Shown: positions 12,603 through 21,932 of the stretch, in pieces
Numbering within the stretch: the first letter of the stretch is position 1
Layout of the letters: the number at the start of each line of letters is the position of its first letter
Origin: a virus
Taxonomy: Duplodnaviria > Heunggongvirae > Uroviricota > Caudoviricetes
Length of the DNA: 64,000 bases
Direction: 5' to 3' (one strand)
IMG/VR virus record: IMGVR_UViG_3300045988_147305
The notes under the pieces: generated by a model
Told to the model about the DNA's origin: nothing
The model's input: the letters and a program-made list of their open reading frames with translations, nothing else
The model's database searches: none
Position numbers and translations under genes: made by a program

Positions 12603-12765
12603 AATAATAAATTAATTAGTGCATGTGCGCTCTTTGTGGTAGTGCACTTTAACATCGGGAGAATAATCGTGTCATCCAAGGTTAATTATGAGTCGCTGGC
12701 ATCGGTCATGCCGCGTAATGAACAGGAAACAGATGCTGTAGTGGACCCTGTAATCGCTGAAATGA

Positions 12766-13428
12766 ATGCTCGCCTGGAGGCTGAATTTGCAGCTGAGAAT
12801 GAACATACCACCCAGGGCGACTAGGACTGTTTTTTGTGTCGGTAGCGGTCCGTCACTCACTCGTGAGGACTGTGCTGCTATAGAAAAAACTGGCTGTTCA
12901 ATCATCGCGGTTAACAATTCCTGGCAGATGTTCGATGACATTTATGCCTTATACGCCGGTGATTTGTCATGGTGGAAGCAATACGGTTCCACCATACCGG
13001 GAGGGAGGTTCCGCAAAGTGACAGCCAACCTGGCGGCGGCGAAATCATTTTCGTTGGAGTACAGGCGATATTGTGGACCGGCGGAAGGGGTAAATAGCGG
13101 CGCGCAGGCTATCAGTCTGGCTGCTGAATCAGGGGCTGAAGTAGTGGTATTAGTCGGCTATGACTGTTCTCTGCAAAACGGCCTTCATTGGCATGGCGCG
13201 CACCCTCAAGCCCTACGGAATCCAACGCAGGTGTCTATTTCAAAATGGCAACAGCAGTTCCTGGATACCCGCAAAAAACACGCAGATTTACATATTTTGA
13301 ATGCAAGTAGGAGCAGTGCAATTCAATGTTTCCCAAGAATAAATTTAGAGGCAGTGATCGCGTTATTATCGTCGGCAGTGGCCCAAGCGCCGCAAACTTT
13401 GTTGCGCCGCGCGGAGTGCCGATTATAG
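12766..13428 (+). CDS. Rossmann-like protein with VGSGPS motif, paralog A (possibly DUF115/MAF-like); start may be ATG 12799
   Basis: N-terminal TVFCVGSGPS...IIAVNN; paralogous to the next gene. Confidence 0.5.
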   Translation: MLAWRLNLQLRMNIPPRATRTVFCVGSGPSLTREDCAAIEKTGCSIIAVNNSWQMFDDIYALYAGDLSWWKQYGSTIPGGRFRKVTANLAAAKSFSLEYRRYCGPAEGVNSGAQAISLAAESGAEVVVLVGYDCSLQNGLHWHGAHPQALRNPTQVSISKWQQQFLDTRKKHADLHILNASRSSAIQCFPRINLEAVIALLSSAVAQAPQTLLRRAECRL

Positions 13429-13952
13429 CGGTCAATGGGGCCATCGACTGGCTGAACCGCGCTTCTTATTTTTTCACCCTTGATCCATCCCCAGACAATA
13501 TGCGGCGCGTTGGTCGTGGCCGCCGTCGCCGTGGTGTTTGTTATTGCATGGCACTACCCGATGTTAAAGAACGTGAAGTCAGAGATGGCGTTCTGTGCTT
13601 CCGTCGTGTGGCTGAACGCGGCATGGAGCCAAAAAATACGAATTCTCCCGAGTGGTGGGCGTGGCGCTGGTCCGCACATTTCGGCCTTTGCGAAGATGAG
13701 AATGAAATTGCCAGCGGCAATAGTGCATATGGTGCTCTGAACCTGGCTTTCCATATCGGATTCAAACATGTAGCTCTGGTGGGCGTTGACGCTACGCAAG
13801 AACTACGCGTTCACTCCGGCGGCACGCCAAAAAATCTAAGTCACCTGCCTTTGTTATTCCAGTCTGCGCGTGAACAGATTGACGTTGTTTCATGCGGGAA
13901 AATGGGAGGTATTCCGCAGATGACTCTTAAAGAATGGCTGAAGAATACATGA
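13326..13952 (+). CDS. Rossmann-like protein with VGSGPS motif, paralog B
   Basis: N-terminal [10 protein letters not shown]...IIAVNG; ~100 nt overlap with paralog A. Confidence 0.5.
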   Translation: MFPKNKFRGSDRVIIVGSGPSAANFVAPRGVPIIAVNGAIDWLNRASYFFTLDPSPDNMRRVGRGRRRRGVCYCMALPDVKEREVRDGVLCFRRVAERGMEPKNTNSPEWWAWRWSAHFGLCEDENEIASGNSAYGALNLAFHIGFKHVALVGVDATQELRVHSGGTPKNLSHLPLLFQSAREQIDVVSCGKMGGIPQMTLKEWLKNT

Positions 13953-14626
13953 TGGCACCCACAATTTATCACCGTATCGACGGTACCAAATACAGGAATG
14001 TCTGGGTTGTTGGTGATCTGCATGGTTGCTACACCAGACTGATGTCCGAACTCCATCGTGTGGATTTTGACCCGGCGCAGGATTTACTGATATCGGTCGG
14101 CGACCTTATCGATCGCGGTACTGAAAATGTCGAATGTCTGGAACTATTGCAGATGCCCTGGTTCAGGGCAGTGATGGGGAACCATGAGCGGCTGATGATT
14201 GATGCGTTAAGTCCAGATGGCAACGTGAATAACTGGCTAATGAATGGCGGACAATGGTTCTTCATGCTGGACACTGATCAGGAAATATTAGCCTGGGCGC
14301 TGGTGGAGCTGGTAAAGCGTCTGCCCTATATCATTGAGTTGAACACCGGGCAAGAAACTATCGTTATAGCCCATGCCGACTATCCGGATAATGAATACCA
14401 ATTCGGTAAGGAGGTGCCGCTTTTCAACGTTGTCTGGGCGCGCGAGCGTATCAGTGATTCGATGGATGATATTGGTGGCGAAATTTCGGGCGCAGATCGT
14501 TTTATCTTTGGTCACACTCCGGTGAAAAGCCCGAAGACATTCTGGAATCAGCAGTATATCGACACTGGTGCCGTATTTTGCGGAAACCTGACATTGATGA
14601 AAGTGAAAGGTGATGGTGCAGCATGA
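13949..14626 (+). CDS. ppp: lambda-type Ser/Thr protein phosphatase (calcineurin-like metallophosphoesterase)
   Basis: GDLHGCY, GDLIDRG and GNHE motifs; N-terminus parallels lambda PPase ([17 protein letters not shown]). Confidence 0.85.
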   Translation: MMAPTIYHRIDGTKYRNVWVVGDLHGCYTRLMSELHRVDFDPAQDLLISVGDLIDRGTENVECLELLQMPWFRAVMGNHERLMIDALSPDGNVNNWLMNGGQWFFMLDTDQEILAWALVELVKRLPYIIELNTGQETIVIAHADYPDNEYQFGKEVPLFNVVWARERISDSMDDIGGEISGADRFIFGHTPVKSPKTFWNQQYIDTGAVFCGNLTLMKVKGDGAA

Positions 14627-15324
14627 AGATTGCTTTAGTTTTTCGCTCTGGTGGTGACTATAACGCTTCCGATGTGCAGTGGCTGGTTAATCAACTGCCA
14701 AAAGACTATGAAATTATTTGCCTGACAGACCTGAAGTGTTTACATGTACCTGGCGTCAAAGTTATCCCATTGATCAACCAGTGGCAAAAGTGCCGTGGCT
14801 GGTGGGCGAAAATCGAGTTGTTCCGACCGGATATAACCGATGATCTGTTCTATCTGGATTTGGACACGGTTATTGCCGGTGATATACGCCCAATCCTAGA
14901 GCATCCACCAACCAGCTTCACCATGCTTAGGGATTTTTACCATCCACAATATCGTGGCAGCGGTGCCCTGTGGATACCAAATAGTGTTAAAGCGCATATC
15001 TGGAGTTCATTCTGGCAAGATCCGGAAGGTTGGATTTCTCGTTGTGTCACTACTGAGTGCTGGGGTGACCAGGGGTTCTTACGAAAGGTTATGGGCGATG
15101 ATACACCAGCATTTCAGGATCTGTATCCAGGATGGTTTGTAAGTTACAAGGCCGATGTTGTGGAACCTGGTTCAAAATATGCGAGCGCGCGTTACTCCAG
15201 GGGGAATGGGACATTACCAAAAGACTGCCGAATAATCTTTTTCCACGGCAAACCGCGACCTCGCGAAGTGTCAGAGGATTGGCTTCCCCTTATCAGCTCA
15301 TTTTTTGAGCGAGAATCAGAATAA
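14623..15324 (+). CDS. putative GT-A fold glycosyltransferase, 233 aa
   Basis: ATGA-coupled start; N-terminal Rossmann-like [13 protein letters not shown] and a DxD motif ([11 protein letters not shown]). Confidence 0.45.
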   Translation: MKIALVFRSGGDYNASDVQWLVNQLPKDYEIICLTDLKCLHVPGVKVIPLINQWQKCRGWWAKIELFRPDITDDLFYLDLDTVIAGDIRPILEHPPTSFTMLRDFYHPQYRGSGALWIPNSVKAHIWSSFWQDPEGWISRCVTTECWGDQGFLRKVMGDDTPAFQDLYPGWFVSYKADVVEPGSKYASARYSRGNGTLPKDCRIIFFHGKPRPREVSEDWLPLISSFFERESE

Positions 15325-15325
15325 T

Positions 15326-15391
15326 ATTGCTCTAATAATTCCATATTTTTAAAACGTGATGTACACTCATCACGTTTTTTATTAGAGCAAT
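15326..15391. promoter_or_regulatory. two inverted C1-operator-like sites (15326-15342, 15375-15391) flanking a terminator hairpin (15351-15380)
   Basis: ATTGCTCTAATAATTCC and reverse-complement ATTGCTCTAATAAAAAA; hairpin AAAACGTGATG-tacact-CATCACGTTTT. Confidence 0.6.
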
Positions 15392-15405
15392 CTACAAGGT
15401 GCACT

Positions 15406-15624
15406 ATGTGGCCATTCCGACGGAAATATCACTACTGGCTGATCGCCTTTGTTACGCCGACCGGCGGTATCAGGCATGTCATCACCAGGTATCGCAACAA
15501 GAGACTCACCTTAGCCAGAATTTTACAGGCTGCCATAGGTGAGGGACTGGATACAAATTGCGTAGTCCTTCCTCCTTCATACTTAGGAAAAATGACCGAA
15601 GCACAAGCTAATACGGAACTTTGA
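15406..15624 (+). CDS. hypothetical protein, 72 aa
   Basis: ORF with RBS-like AAGGTG; its stop abuts the next start. Confidence 0.35.
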   Translation: MWPFRRKYHYWLIAFVTPTGGIRHVITRYRNKRLTLARILQAAIGEGLDTNCVVLPPSYLGKMTEAQANTEL

Positions 15625-15625
15625 A

Positions 15626-16888
15626 ATGAGCACTTCAGCACAAAACCAATCAATCGAAAATGTATGTATCCCTGATGTCCTGAATGCCGGTATCCCGGCC
15701 ATTATCCAGAACATCCGGGCCGCGCAACGCCGCGTTAGTTGTGATGACCTCACAGCACGTTTTTTTGATAATGCGGTTCAGTCAGCGGAGATGCTTCACG
15801 CACAGCTTATTGATGTTTATAACGCAGAAGCTGATAGCCATAACTCCCTGGTAGATGCAGCTGAAAATATGCAGTTGGATCTCGGTCTGAAGGGTAAAGA
15901 AATTGAAGAGCTTCAGCTGGAAATTGAACATTTGAAACGCCAGCAACAGGACGCGATCGACGATGCGACGCATGACGCCAACCAGCGTGCTGATAATGCC
16001 GAACGTATAAGCATTGAGCTGGAAACAAAACTCAATGAAATGACCGCGATGGTTGAACTGCGGAACTCACAGATTTCAACGCTAAAATCTCAATATAAAG
16101 AGATCATGAAACTTGATCCTTTTAACCTTGAGAAACGCTATAACAAAGCTAAAAGCGAGCGACAGGAACTGCGTAAGCAGGTCGCCGACCTTAACCAACA
16201 GCTCAAAAAAACTATTAAAGATGCAAGCGAGGCGCGCGTGGCATTTGCTAATAAAAAAGCAGAGGTTACCGCGCTGGTTAATGAGAATGCCAAATTTGCG
16301 ACGCTCAAGAAGGAAATGTATGGCATTACTGAGCGCCGTTTCCCTGCAAGCAAACTTCATCCGACGTTAGGGCAAATCTCCTTCTTCCCGCGCCTCCTGG
16401 CTTATGGGATCTCATCGCCTAAAGAGTTCAATAACGAGCGTCCTTATATCGTTTCTAAGCTGGACTTTGCTTATCAGTTCTGCTGCGACATGGGCTATGC
16501 CATTGATATCCGAATCAACGAATGGTTGATGCCAAACTTCCAGCCGTTGGCAATTTTCCGCGAGTTCCAGCCGGAAGGTTGGGTAGAGTTCTTCCATGAA
16601 TTGATCTGTAAAGAGATGGAAAGCCGTCGCCCGGAATTGGTCCGTCGAGTTGAGTGGGCGCAAGAGGTTATGTTGGCAGATGCAGAGCTGCCGTTCGAAC
16701 CGGAATTCATTGATGATCTGGCAACTAAAGGGCTGCATACCCTGTTTGATGTGGTTACCCGCCGTCATGAGCAGTTGGTTGTCGAATTGGGTTTAGAGGA
16801 AACTGCGGCAAGAAGACTTCTCGATGTTTGCTATGCACGTAGCGATGCATGGGAAAAAGAGAACGGCGGCACTATTTACGTTCGCTGA
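15626..16888 (+). CDS. coiled-coil protein, 420 aa, unknown function
   Basis: Long heptad-rich region in residues ~70-230. Confidence 0.5.
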   Translation: MSTSAQNQSIENVCIPDVLNAGIPAIIQNIRAAQRRVSCDDLTARFFDNAVQSAEMLHAQLIDVYNAEADSHNSLVDAAENMQLDLGLKGKEIEELQLEIEHLKRQQQDAIDDATHDANQRADNAERISIELETKLNEMTAMVELRNSQISTLKSQYKEIMKLDPFNLEKRYNKAKSERQELRKQVADLNQQLKKTIKDASEARVAFANKKAEVTALVNENAKFATLKKEMYGITERRFPASKLHPTLGQISFFPRLLAYGISSPKEFNNERPYIVSKLDFAYQFCCDMGYAIDIRINEWLMPNFQPLAIFREFQPEGWVEFFHELICKEMESRRPELVRRVEWAQEVMLADAELPFEPEFIDDLATKGLHTLFDVVTRRHEQLVVELGLEETAARRLLDVCYARSDAWEKENGGTIYVR

Positions 16889-16910
16889 TAGTTACAGTGT
16901 CACTTTTAAT

Positions 16911-16941
16911 GCTGGTGGAGTGCTCCCACCAGCATTTTTTT
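16911..16941 (+). terminator. Rho-independent terminator
   Basis: Hairpin GCTGGTGG-agtgctc-CCACCAGC followed by ATTTTTTT. Confidence 0.65.
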
Positions 16942-16960
16942 CGTCCAATGAGGAGGGCAT

Positions 16961-17467
16961 TTGAGTATTTTCAATAAACACGCACACCAGGAACGTCCGT
17001 ACATCGTCATAGTAGATATTGATGGGACGATATCAGAGGCAACGGAAGACAGGCTGCATTTACTTCCACCACCTGGCAAAGGTGCATTAACAGAGCACTG
17101 GAACGAGTTTAACCTTGCCTGTGACACTGATGCTCCCATCACTCCAGTTATTGATATGGTGCGCCAGTTGTCCGGCATTTACACCCTCTGGTTTGTAACC
17201 GGGCGCTGTGAGATAGCCAGGGATAAAACACGAGCCTGGTTGCGTAAGCACGTAACAAATGGGGCGGAGCCTTTGCTATCTATGCGTCCTGCCACCGATG
17301 ACAGAAATGACGGTCCAGCAAAGATTGATCTCCTGAAGAAAATTGGTCTAAGTAAAATTGCGTTCGCGCTGGAAGATAAGATTGAAGTGGCGCGTGTTTT
17401 CAGGAGTCACGGCGTACTTACGTTAATGGTCAGGGAGTATGAAAACGCGCTTCTCCATCAACAATAA
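16961..17467 (+). CDS. HAD-superfamily phosphatase, 168 aa (PNK-phosphatase-like)
   Basis: HAD motif I DIDGT, motif II FVTGR; TTG start with RBS GGAGGG. Confidence 0.65.
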   Translation: MSIFNKHAHQERPYIVIVDIDGTISEATEDRLHLLPPPGKGALTEHWNEFNLACDTDAPITPVIDMVRQLSGIYTLWFVTGRCEIARDKTRAWLRKHVTNGAEPLLSMRPATDDRNDGPAKIDLLKKIGLSKIAFALEDKIEVARVFRSHGVLTLMVREYENALLHQQ

Positions 17468-17483
17468 TTGCTCTAATAAATCT
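17467..17483 (+). promoter_or_regulatory. C1 operator (ATTGCTCTAATAAATCT)
   Basis: 15/17 match to operator consensus; upstream of the 17.5-25.6 kb gene block. Confidence 0.6.
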
Positions 17484-17565
17484 TGATTTTTAAAACAGAG
17501 AAAGTGAAAATAAAAACATGCCGTAAGGCGCGGCATGTATCCAATCAATCACAGGAGCTGAAAAT

Positions 17566-17652
17566 ATGAACACGGCATTCAAAATCATTATGGCCGCGAT
17601 CTATTTCTGGCTGTTCTCTATCACTTTTGGCGGCATCGTCGCACATGGGTAA
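17566..17652 (+). CDS. 28-aa hydrophobic peptide (MNTAFKIIMAAIYFWLFSITFGGIVAHG)
   Basis: ATG with RBS AGGAG 8 nt upstream; single predicted TM helix; below the 60-aa ORF-track cutoff, found by hand. Confidence 0.4.
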   Translation: MNTAFKIIMAAIYFWLFSITFGGIVAHG

Positions 17653-17661
17653 GGGGGATGC

Positions 17662-18369
17662 ATGAAAGGCGAAGTGAAAGAGCGCGGCATGATTTTCAAC
17701 GATGAGATGGTCCGGGCCATCCTCGAAGGAAGGAAAACGCAGACGCGGCGGATAATGAAAAATCAGCCTGCGGAAGTTGGTCCAGAAGCACCAGTGATGG
17801 TTAGAAAAATTGGTGCAGGTTTTCAGTGGTACGGGGCTGATGGTGTAAGCAGTGTTTTCAATTGCCCATTTGGTATCGTCGGCGATCGAATTTGGGTTCG
17901 TGAAACATGGGCGATATTAGGCAATGAGGATGGTTGCAGTGTGGACTGGAACGACAACCTTTGTCGTGGCGATGAGAAGAACGCAGCAAGGATTTATCGG
18001 GCCAGTTGCGAGCAAAAACCTGGTGATTACGGCTTATGGTCGATACCCGATGATGCCGACTGGAAACCTCACACTGTGAATGAAAAGTTTGATGGTGGGT
18101 GGCGTCCATCAATTCACATGCCGCGATGGGCATCACGCATTCTGTTGGAAATTACCAACGTGCGCGTTGAACGGTTGAACGATATCAGCGAATGCGATGC
18201 AAGGGCTGAGGGCGTTCCGCCTGCTGGAAGTTTGCTTCCTGATCACCCGGGAACATTCCTTACTCCCAAGGGGGATTTCGCAATGGCCAAGGTTGCGTTC
18301 CAGCGCCTGTGGGAATCCATCTATGGTGAAGAAAGCTGGAACGCTAATCCCTGGGTGTGGGTACCGTGA
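17662..18369 (+). CDS. ASCH/PUA-like domain protein, 235 aa
   Basis: N-terminal IFNDEMVRAILEGRKTQTRR motif typical of phage ASCH-like proteins; RBS AGGGGG. Confidence 0.5.
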   Translation: MKGEVKERGMIFNDEMVRAILEGRKTQTRRIMKNQPAEVGPEAPVMVRKIGAGFQWYGADGVSSVFNCPFGIVGDRIWVRETWAILGNEDGCSVDWNDNLCRGDEKNAARIYRASCEQKPGDYGLWSIPDDADWKPHTVNEKFDGGWRPSIHMPRWASRILLEITNVRVERLNDISECDARAEGVPPAGSLLPDHPGTFLTPKGDFAMAKVAFQRLWESIYGEESWNANPWVWVP

Positions 18370-18531
18370 TCACCAAAGATGGCCCGAAGGTAAAAAAACT
18401 GCACCAAACAGAGCGGATGTGGGTCGTTGGCAAAAACGAGTTTTACCACAAAGAAACTGGACGCCGCCATTTTGCAGAAAATACGCGCCGCCGACTGCTG
18501 TTAGACACCATCAAGCCTATCGAGGTGAAGC

Positions 18532-18771
18532 ATGTTTAAACAGAACGAAAAAGCTATCGCTCAAATTGCTGATTATATCCCGCGTGCGTGCCGGGGTATG
18601 CAGTTGCAGGAAGCCAAAGCGCGCCTGGAGAAAAAAATTGCGCTCTATATTGATGACGGCTGTGATTCCGCCGTTCTTAACGCGGCGTTCGCACCAGCTC
18701 TTAACTGTCACACTCGGGAGTCTTTTTTTTCGTGCATCGCAGCGCAACTCCGCCAAGGAGGCAACCAGTGA
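18532..18771 (+). CDS. hypothetical protein, 79 aa; C-terminal tail LRQGGNQ shared with the Ea22-like protein at 19409
   Basis: ATG with RBS GAGGTG. Confidence 0.45.
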   Translation: MFKQNEKAIAQIADYIPRACRGMQLQEAKARLEKKIALYIDDGCDSAVLNAAFAPALNCHTRESFFSCIAAQLRQGGNQ

Positions 18772-19412
18772 GTAACCGTTTTTACATGATGTGCTTGCGT
18801 GAAACTGTGGGTAATAACGCCTCATTCCATTGCCATAACGGCAATGGTTACAGTTCTGATATCGATCGCGCTCATGTTTACACGCTGGAAGAAGCCCAAA
18901 AAGCCTGGAATTGTGGGCGAGATATCGATCAGCCTGTTTGTGCCGATAGTGTGGATGCAATGGCTGTGTGGCACGTTGATTGCCAGTACATCCCTACAGA
19001 AAGCCTGATTGAGTCAGATTGCACTGCGTATGTGGCCTACAAAAAAGGTAGCTGGAACGGCAACGATGTTTACTGGCTTCAACACGGTGGATTGCCAACA
19101 GATGACTTCAGTAAAGCGACCATCTTTAGCGTCGCCAACAAAAACGAACCAGGAATAGTTTGGTTGCCATTTTCCATTGCTGATGCAGCAAAGCGCCGGA
19201 CGTTCAATATCAATAAATTTAACCGCAGAACAATGGTTCAGGGCGCAGGTTTGGTCATGCCTGACTGGTTGAAAAAGCAGAACAGAAGAAAGAAGTCGCG
19301 AAGCGGGAAGGTGCGTTGGAATTGTCCGCATTGCGGAAAAATCACCTGGCAGTACAGCCCATATGATTTTGAAGGCTGTCGTGATTACAACTGTGAAGGA
19401 TGGCGAGAATGA
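18768..19412 (+). CDS. Cys-rich hypothetical protein, ~214 aa
   Basis: GTG start overlapping upstream stop (GGAGGCAACCAGTGA); C-terminal CxxC...CxxC. Confidence 0.45.
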   Translation: MSNRFYMMCLRETVGNNASFHCHNGNGYSSDIDRAHVYTLEEAQKAWNCGRDIDQPVCADSVDAMAVWHVDCQYIPTESLIESDCTAYVAYKKGSWNGNDVYWLQHGGLPTDDFSKATIFSVANKNEPGIVWLPFSIADAAKRRTFNINKFNRRTMVQGAGLVMPDWLKKQNRRKKSRSGKVRWNCPHCGKITWQYSPYDFEGCRDYNCEGWRE

Positions 19413-20131
19413 CAATTGACTATCAGGTACTGCGTGAGGCGGCAGAAAAGGCAACACCAGACGAATGGGTCGCATTTATTTCGCCGGGTACTGGTACATA
19501 TGCGGTGCATACACCCGGTGATAAACGATGTGGAGACGTTATCAAATGGCCCGGCTTTGATGGACAGGAAAACGCAGAGAATAACGCTCGTTATGTTGCC
19601 GCGTTCAACCCAAAGGTTGCACTGGAGCTGCTTGGTGAAATTAAGCGCCTGGAGGACACAAATATTGATGCTATGTGTCGAATTGCAGAGCTTGAGACTA
19701 ATCTCGCGGCGCTGGTGGCGGAGAATGCGGGGCTTAAGGCCTTCAAAACCGCCGTTTATCAGCAGATGGGCGTCGGATGTGATGCTCCTGAATTCTCCAT
19801 TACGGTAGGTTTGAGTAACTTACGTCGTTTTGCTGACACACTCCACGCCATTGAGCGTGAGTTCTTTACCAAAGAGCTACCTGATGAAGAGCACGAAGGC
19901 GAAACATTCAATGAATGTCCACTTAGCTGGGGAATGAGCGTCGAACAGTACGTTTCCGAGTTTCGCAAATGCCTGGCTGAAGTGCGGGCGCAGGGATTGG
20001 AGATGTTTGCACAGAAATGTAACTCAAAATCCGAACAGTCATTTGCATCTGATATACGCGATAACTGGAAACTACTCGGTGAACATGCCACTGACTTTGC
20101 CGCAGAGCTTCGAAAAGGAGGCAACCAGTGA
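19409..20131 (+). CDS. Ead/Ea22-like family protein (from memory), paralog A
   Basis: N-terminal IDYQVLREAAEKATP...NARYVAAFNP..ALELLGEI plus coiled coil; ATGA coupling. Confidence 0.45.
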   Translation: MTIDYQVLREAAEKATPDEWVAFISPGTGTYAVHTPGDKRCGDVIKWPGFDGQENAENNARYVAAFNPKVALELLGEIKRLEDTNIDAMCRIAELETNLAALVAENAGLKAFKTAVYQQMGVGCDAPEFSITVGLSNLRRFADTLHAIEREFFTKELPDEEHEGETFNECPLSWGMSVEQYVSEFRKCLAEVRAQGLEMFAQKCNSKSEQSFASDIRDNWKLLGEHATDFAAELRKGGNQ

Positions 20132-20880
20132 GCAAGATTGACTATCAGGCACTGCGTGAGGCGGCAGAGCGTGCAATTCCGGCAATGGAACGCCTGTTAA
20201 TGTTGCCAGTTGATGATGATCTGATAAGTGAACAGGAACTTAAAGATTACGGCGTGGATATTGATGCGCTCAACGCCTTCAAATTTCTGACCGGACCAGA
20301 AACCGTGCTGGCGCTGCTGGATGAACGGGAAAGAAACCAGCAATACATAAAACGCCGCGATCAGGAGAACGAGGATATTGCGCTAACGGTAGGGAAGCTG
20401 AGAGTTGAGCTTGAGGAAGTAAAACAACACGCTGAAGAATTATCCGAAACCAAGGCTGTTCGTAACCAATGGCGGCCAGATATTTGCCCAATAACCGGAC
20501 GTGCATTTTTCATGTGGATTGAGCATCCAACATTGGGAAATGTGCCGACATATGGTGGCCCATTAGATAGTTACACCATTCCAACAAAGGACGGTGACGG
20601 TGAGTTTTCATGTGAGCGTTACGATCATGATTTTGGCGGTTGGGTAGAAAGCGAATGTCTTGGGGTATATCTGATTGATGATAGAGAACAATGCAGGGTC
20701 TACGAACTGGAGGAACGCGTTAAGGAACTGGATGCTCGGGAAATATCGCTCCCGGAACGTAGCAGCATGCTTCATCGAACAGATTTTCACGATGATTACC
20801 AAACGGTAATGGCATACAAAGTTTCTGAAGTCATCGCTGCAATCCGCGCCGCAGGCATTCGCATCAAAGGAGGTGAGTAA
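20128..20880 (+). CDS. Ead/Ea22-like family protein, paralog B
   Basis: N-terminal IDYQALREAAERA...; GTG start in repeated junction AAGGAGGCAACCAGTGAG. Confidence 0.45.
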   Translation: MSKIDYQALREAAERAIPAMERLLMLPVDDDLISEQELKDYGVDIDALNAFKFLTGPETVLALLDERERNQQYIKRRDQENEDIALTVGKLRVELEEVKQHAEELSETKAVRNQWRPDICPITGRAFFMWIEHPTLGNVPTYGGPLDSYTIPTKDGDGEFSCERYDHDFGGWVESECLGVYLIDDREQCRVYELEERVKELDAREISLPERSSMLHRTDFHDDYQTVMAYKVSEVIAAIRAAGIRIKGGE

Positions 20881-21056
20881 TGCGTGTGGCATGTATCGGC
20901 TTGTTACCGTACCCGACTCGTTTTTGGGCTTCTGCGCTAATTGCGAAGCCGTATGTCCTGATGGCTGACAACATCATCCCGGCACCAAAGCGCCGCCATA
21001 CCGGTATTGCAGCGGCACGACGAGCAGCAAAGAGACGCAGGAGAGCAAAGCGATGA
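20880..21056 (+). CDS. 58-aa Arg/Lys-rich small protein
   Basis: ATG overlapping upstream stop (TAATG); C-terminal RRAAKRRRRAKR; below the ORF-track cutoff. Confidence 0.3.
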   Translation: MRVACIGLLPYPTRFWASALIAKPYVLMADNIIPAPKRRHTGIAAARRAAKRRRRAKR

Positions 21057-21226
21057 AAAACCGTAAGGCAAAACGACTTTTTTTTACAGCGACCTGTGCG
21101 TGTGGTGGAGCTGGTTATTAGCAACCATAAGATAGCGGTACTCCATCCATTTGGTCAGGTGGCTTTTGCCGCAAAGCGTAAGCCTACTGCGTCACAGAAC
21201 AGGCGGAAGAAAGGGTACGCTGTAAG

Positions 21227-21415
21227 ATGAAAAACCGTAAAGCAAAGATTCTGTTAGTTCGTAGAAACGCTCCTGGCGTCTGGCAGTGGGTGAGACTCAG
21301 CAACCGACGGATGGGGTTGATGAAATATTACGGGATGATGGATTGTGGTTTTTGCAAAAAGCCCAGCGCGGCGCAAAACCGCTGGAAAAACCACTTGCGC
21401 ACTAAAGGAGAGTGA
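21227..21415 (+). CDS. 62-aa small protein starting MKNRKAK; a truncated 22-codon duplicate lies at 21053-21121
   Basis: Direct repeat ATGAAAAACCGTAA(G/A)GCAAA at 21053 and 21227. Confidence 0.35.
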   Translation: MKNRKAKILLVRRNAPGVWQWVRLSNRRMGLMKYYGMMDCGFCKKPSAAQNRWKNHLRTKGE

Positions 21416-21416
21416 T

Positions 21417-21932
21417 ATGGCGTTAACACACCGCGAACTCTGTCAGATTGCGTACAAGTTCCTTAAGCGCAACGGGTTCAAGGTTTGTTTTCATGACCGC
21501 TTTATAGCTGTAACCAGTACCGGAGAACAGCCAGATGCTATGGGATTCAGAAATTCAGCATCATGCCTGATAGAGGCGAAGTGTTCTCGTGCTGACTTGT
21601 TGGCAGATAGAAAAAAGCGTTTTCGTAAAAATCCGTCTCTTGGAATGGGCGACTGGCGATTCTTTATTAGTGAGCCGGGAATTATTTCAATTGAGGATTT
21701 ACCACCTGGCTGGGGATTACTTCACGTTGTTAACGGAAGAGTACGGAAAGTACATGGGTGGCCCAAGGGTAATTGCTGTTGGGGTAATCCTGACGATAAG
21801 CCATTTACTGGAAATAAGCAGGTTGAATGCGATTACATGTTATCTGCATTAAGGCGCATGGAGTTGAGAGGGCACCTTAATGAAATATATGACGGTGTAA
21901 TTGTTAATAAGAAAGAAGGAAACGCGGCATGA
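21417..21932 (+). CDS. hypothetical protein with PD-(D/E)XK-like motif, ~171 aa
   Basis: RBS AAAGGAG before ATG 21417; QPDAMGF...LIEAK fits D...ExK. Confidence 0.4.
   Translation: MALTHRELCQIAYKFLKRNGFKVCFHDRFIAVTSTGEQPDAMGFRNSASCLIEAKCSRADLLADRKKRFRKNPSLGMGDWRFFISEPGIISIEDLPPGWGLLHVVNGRVRKVHGWPKGNCCWGNPDDKPFTGNKQVECDYMLSALRRMELRGHLNEIYDGVIVNKKEGNAA

Noticed and set aside
12636-12824. 62-aa ORF overlapping the start of GSGPS paralog A
   Set aside because: A GTG-initiated ~51-aa version with RBS GGGAGA is possible, but it overlaps the likely start of the next gene in another frame and has no recognisable features; left unannotated.
18357-18539. 60-aa ORF between the ASCH-like gene and the 79-aa gene
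   Set aside because: May be a real coupled small gene, but its start is ambiguous (GTG 18357 or 18366) and it has no features beyond being open; not called.
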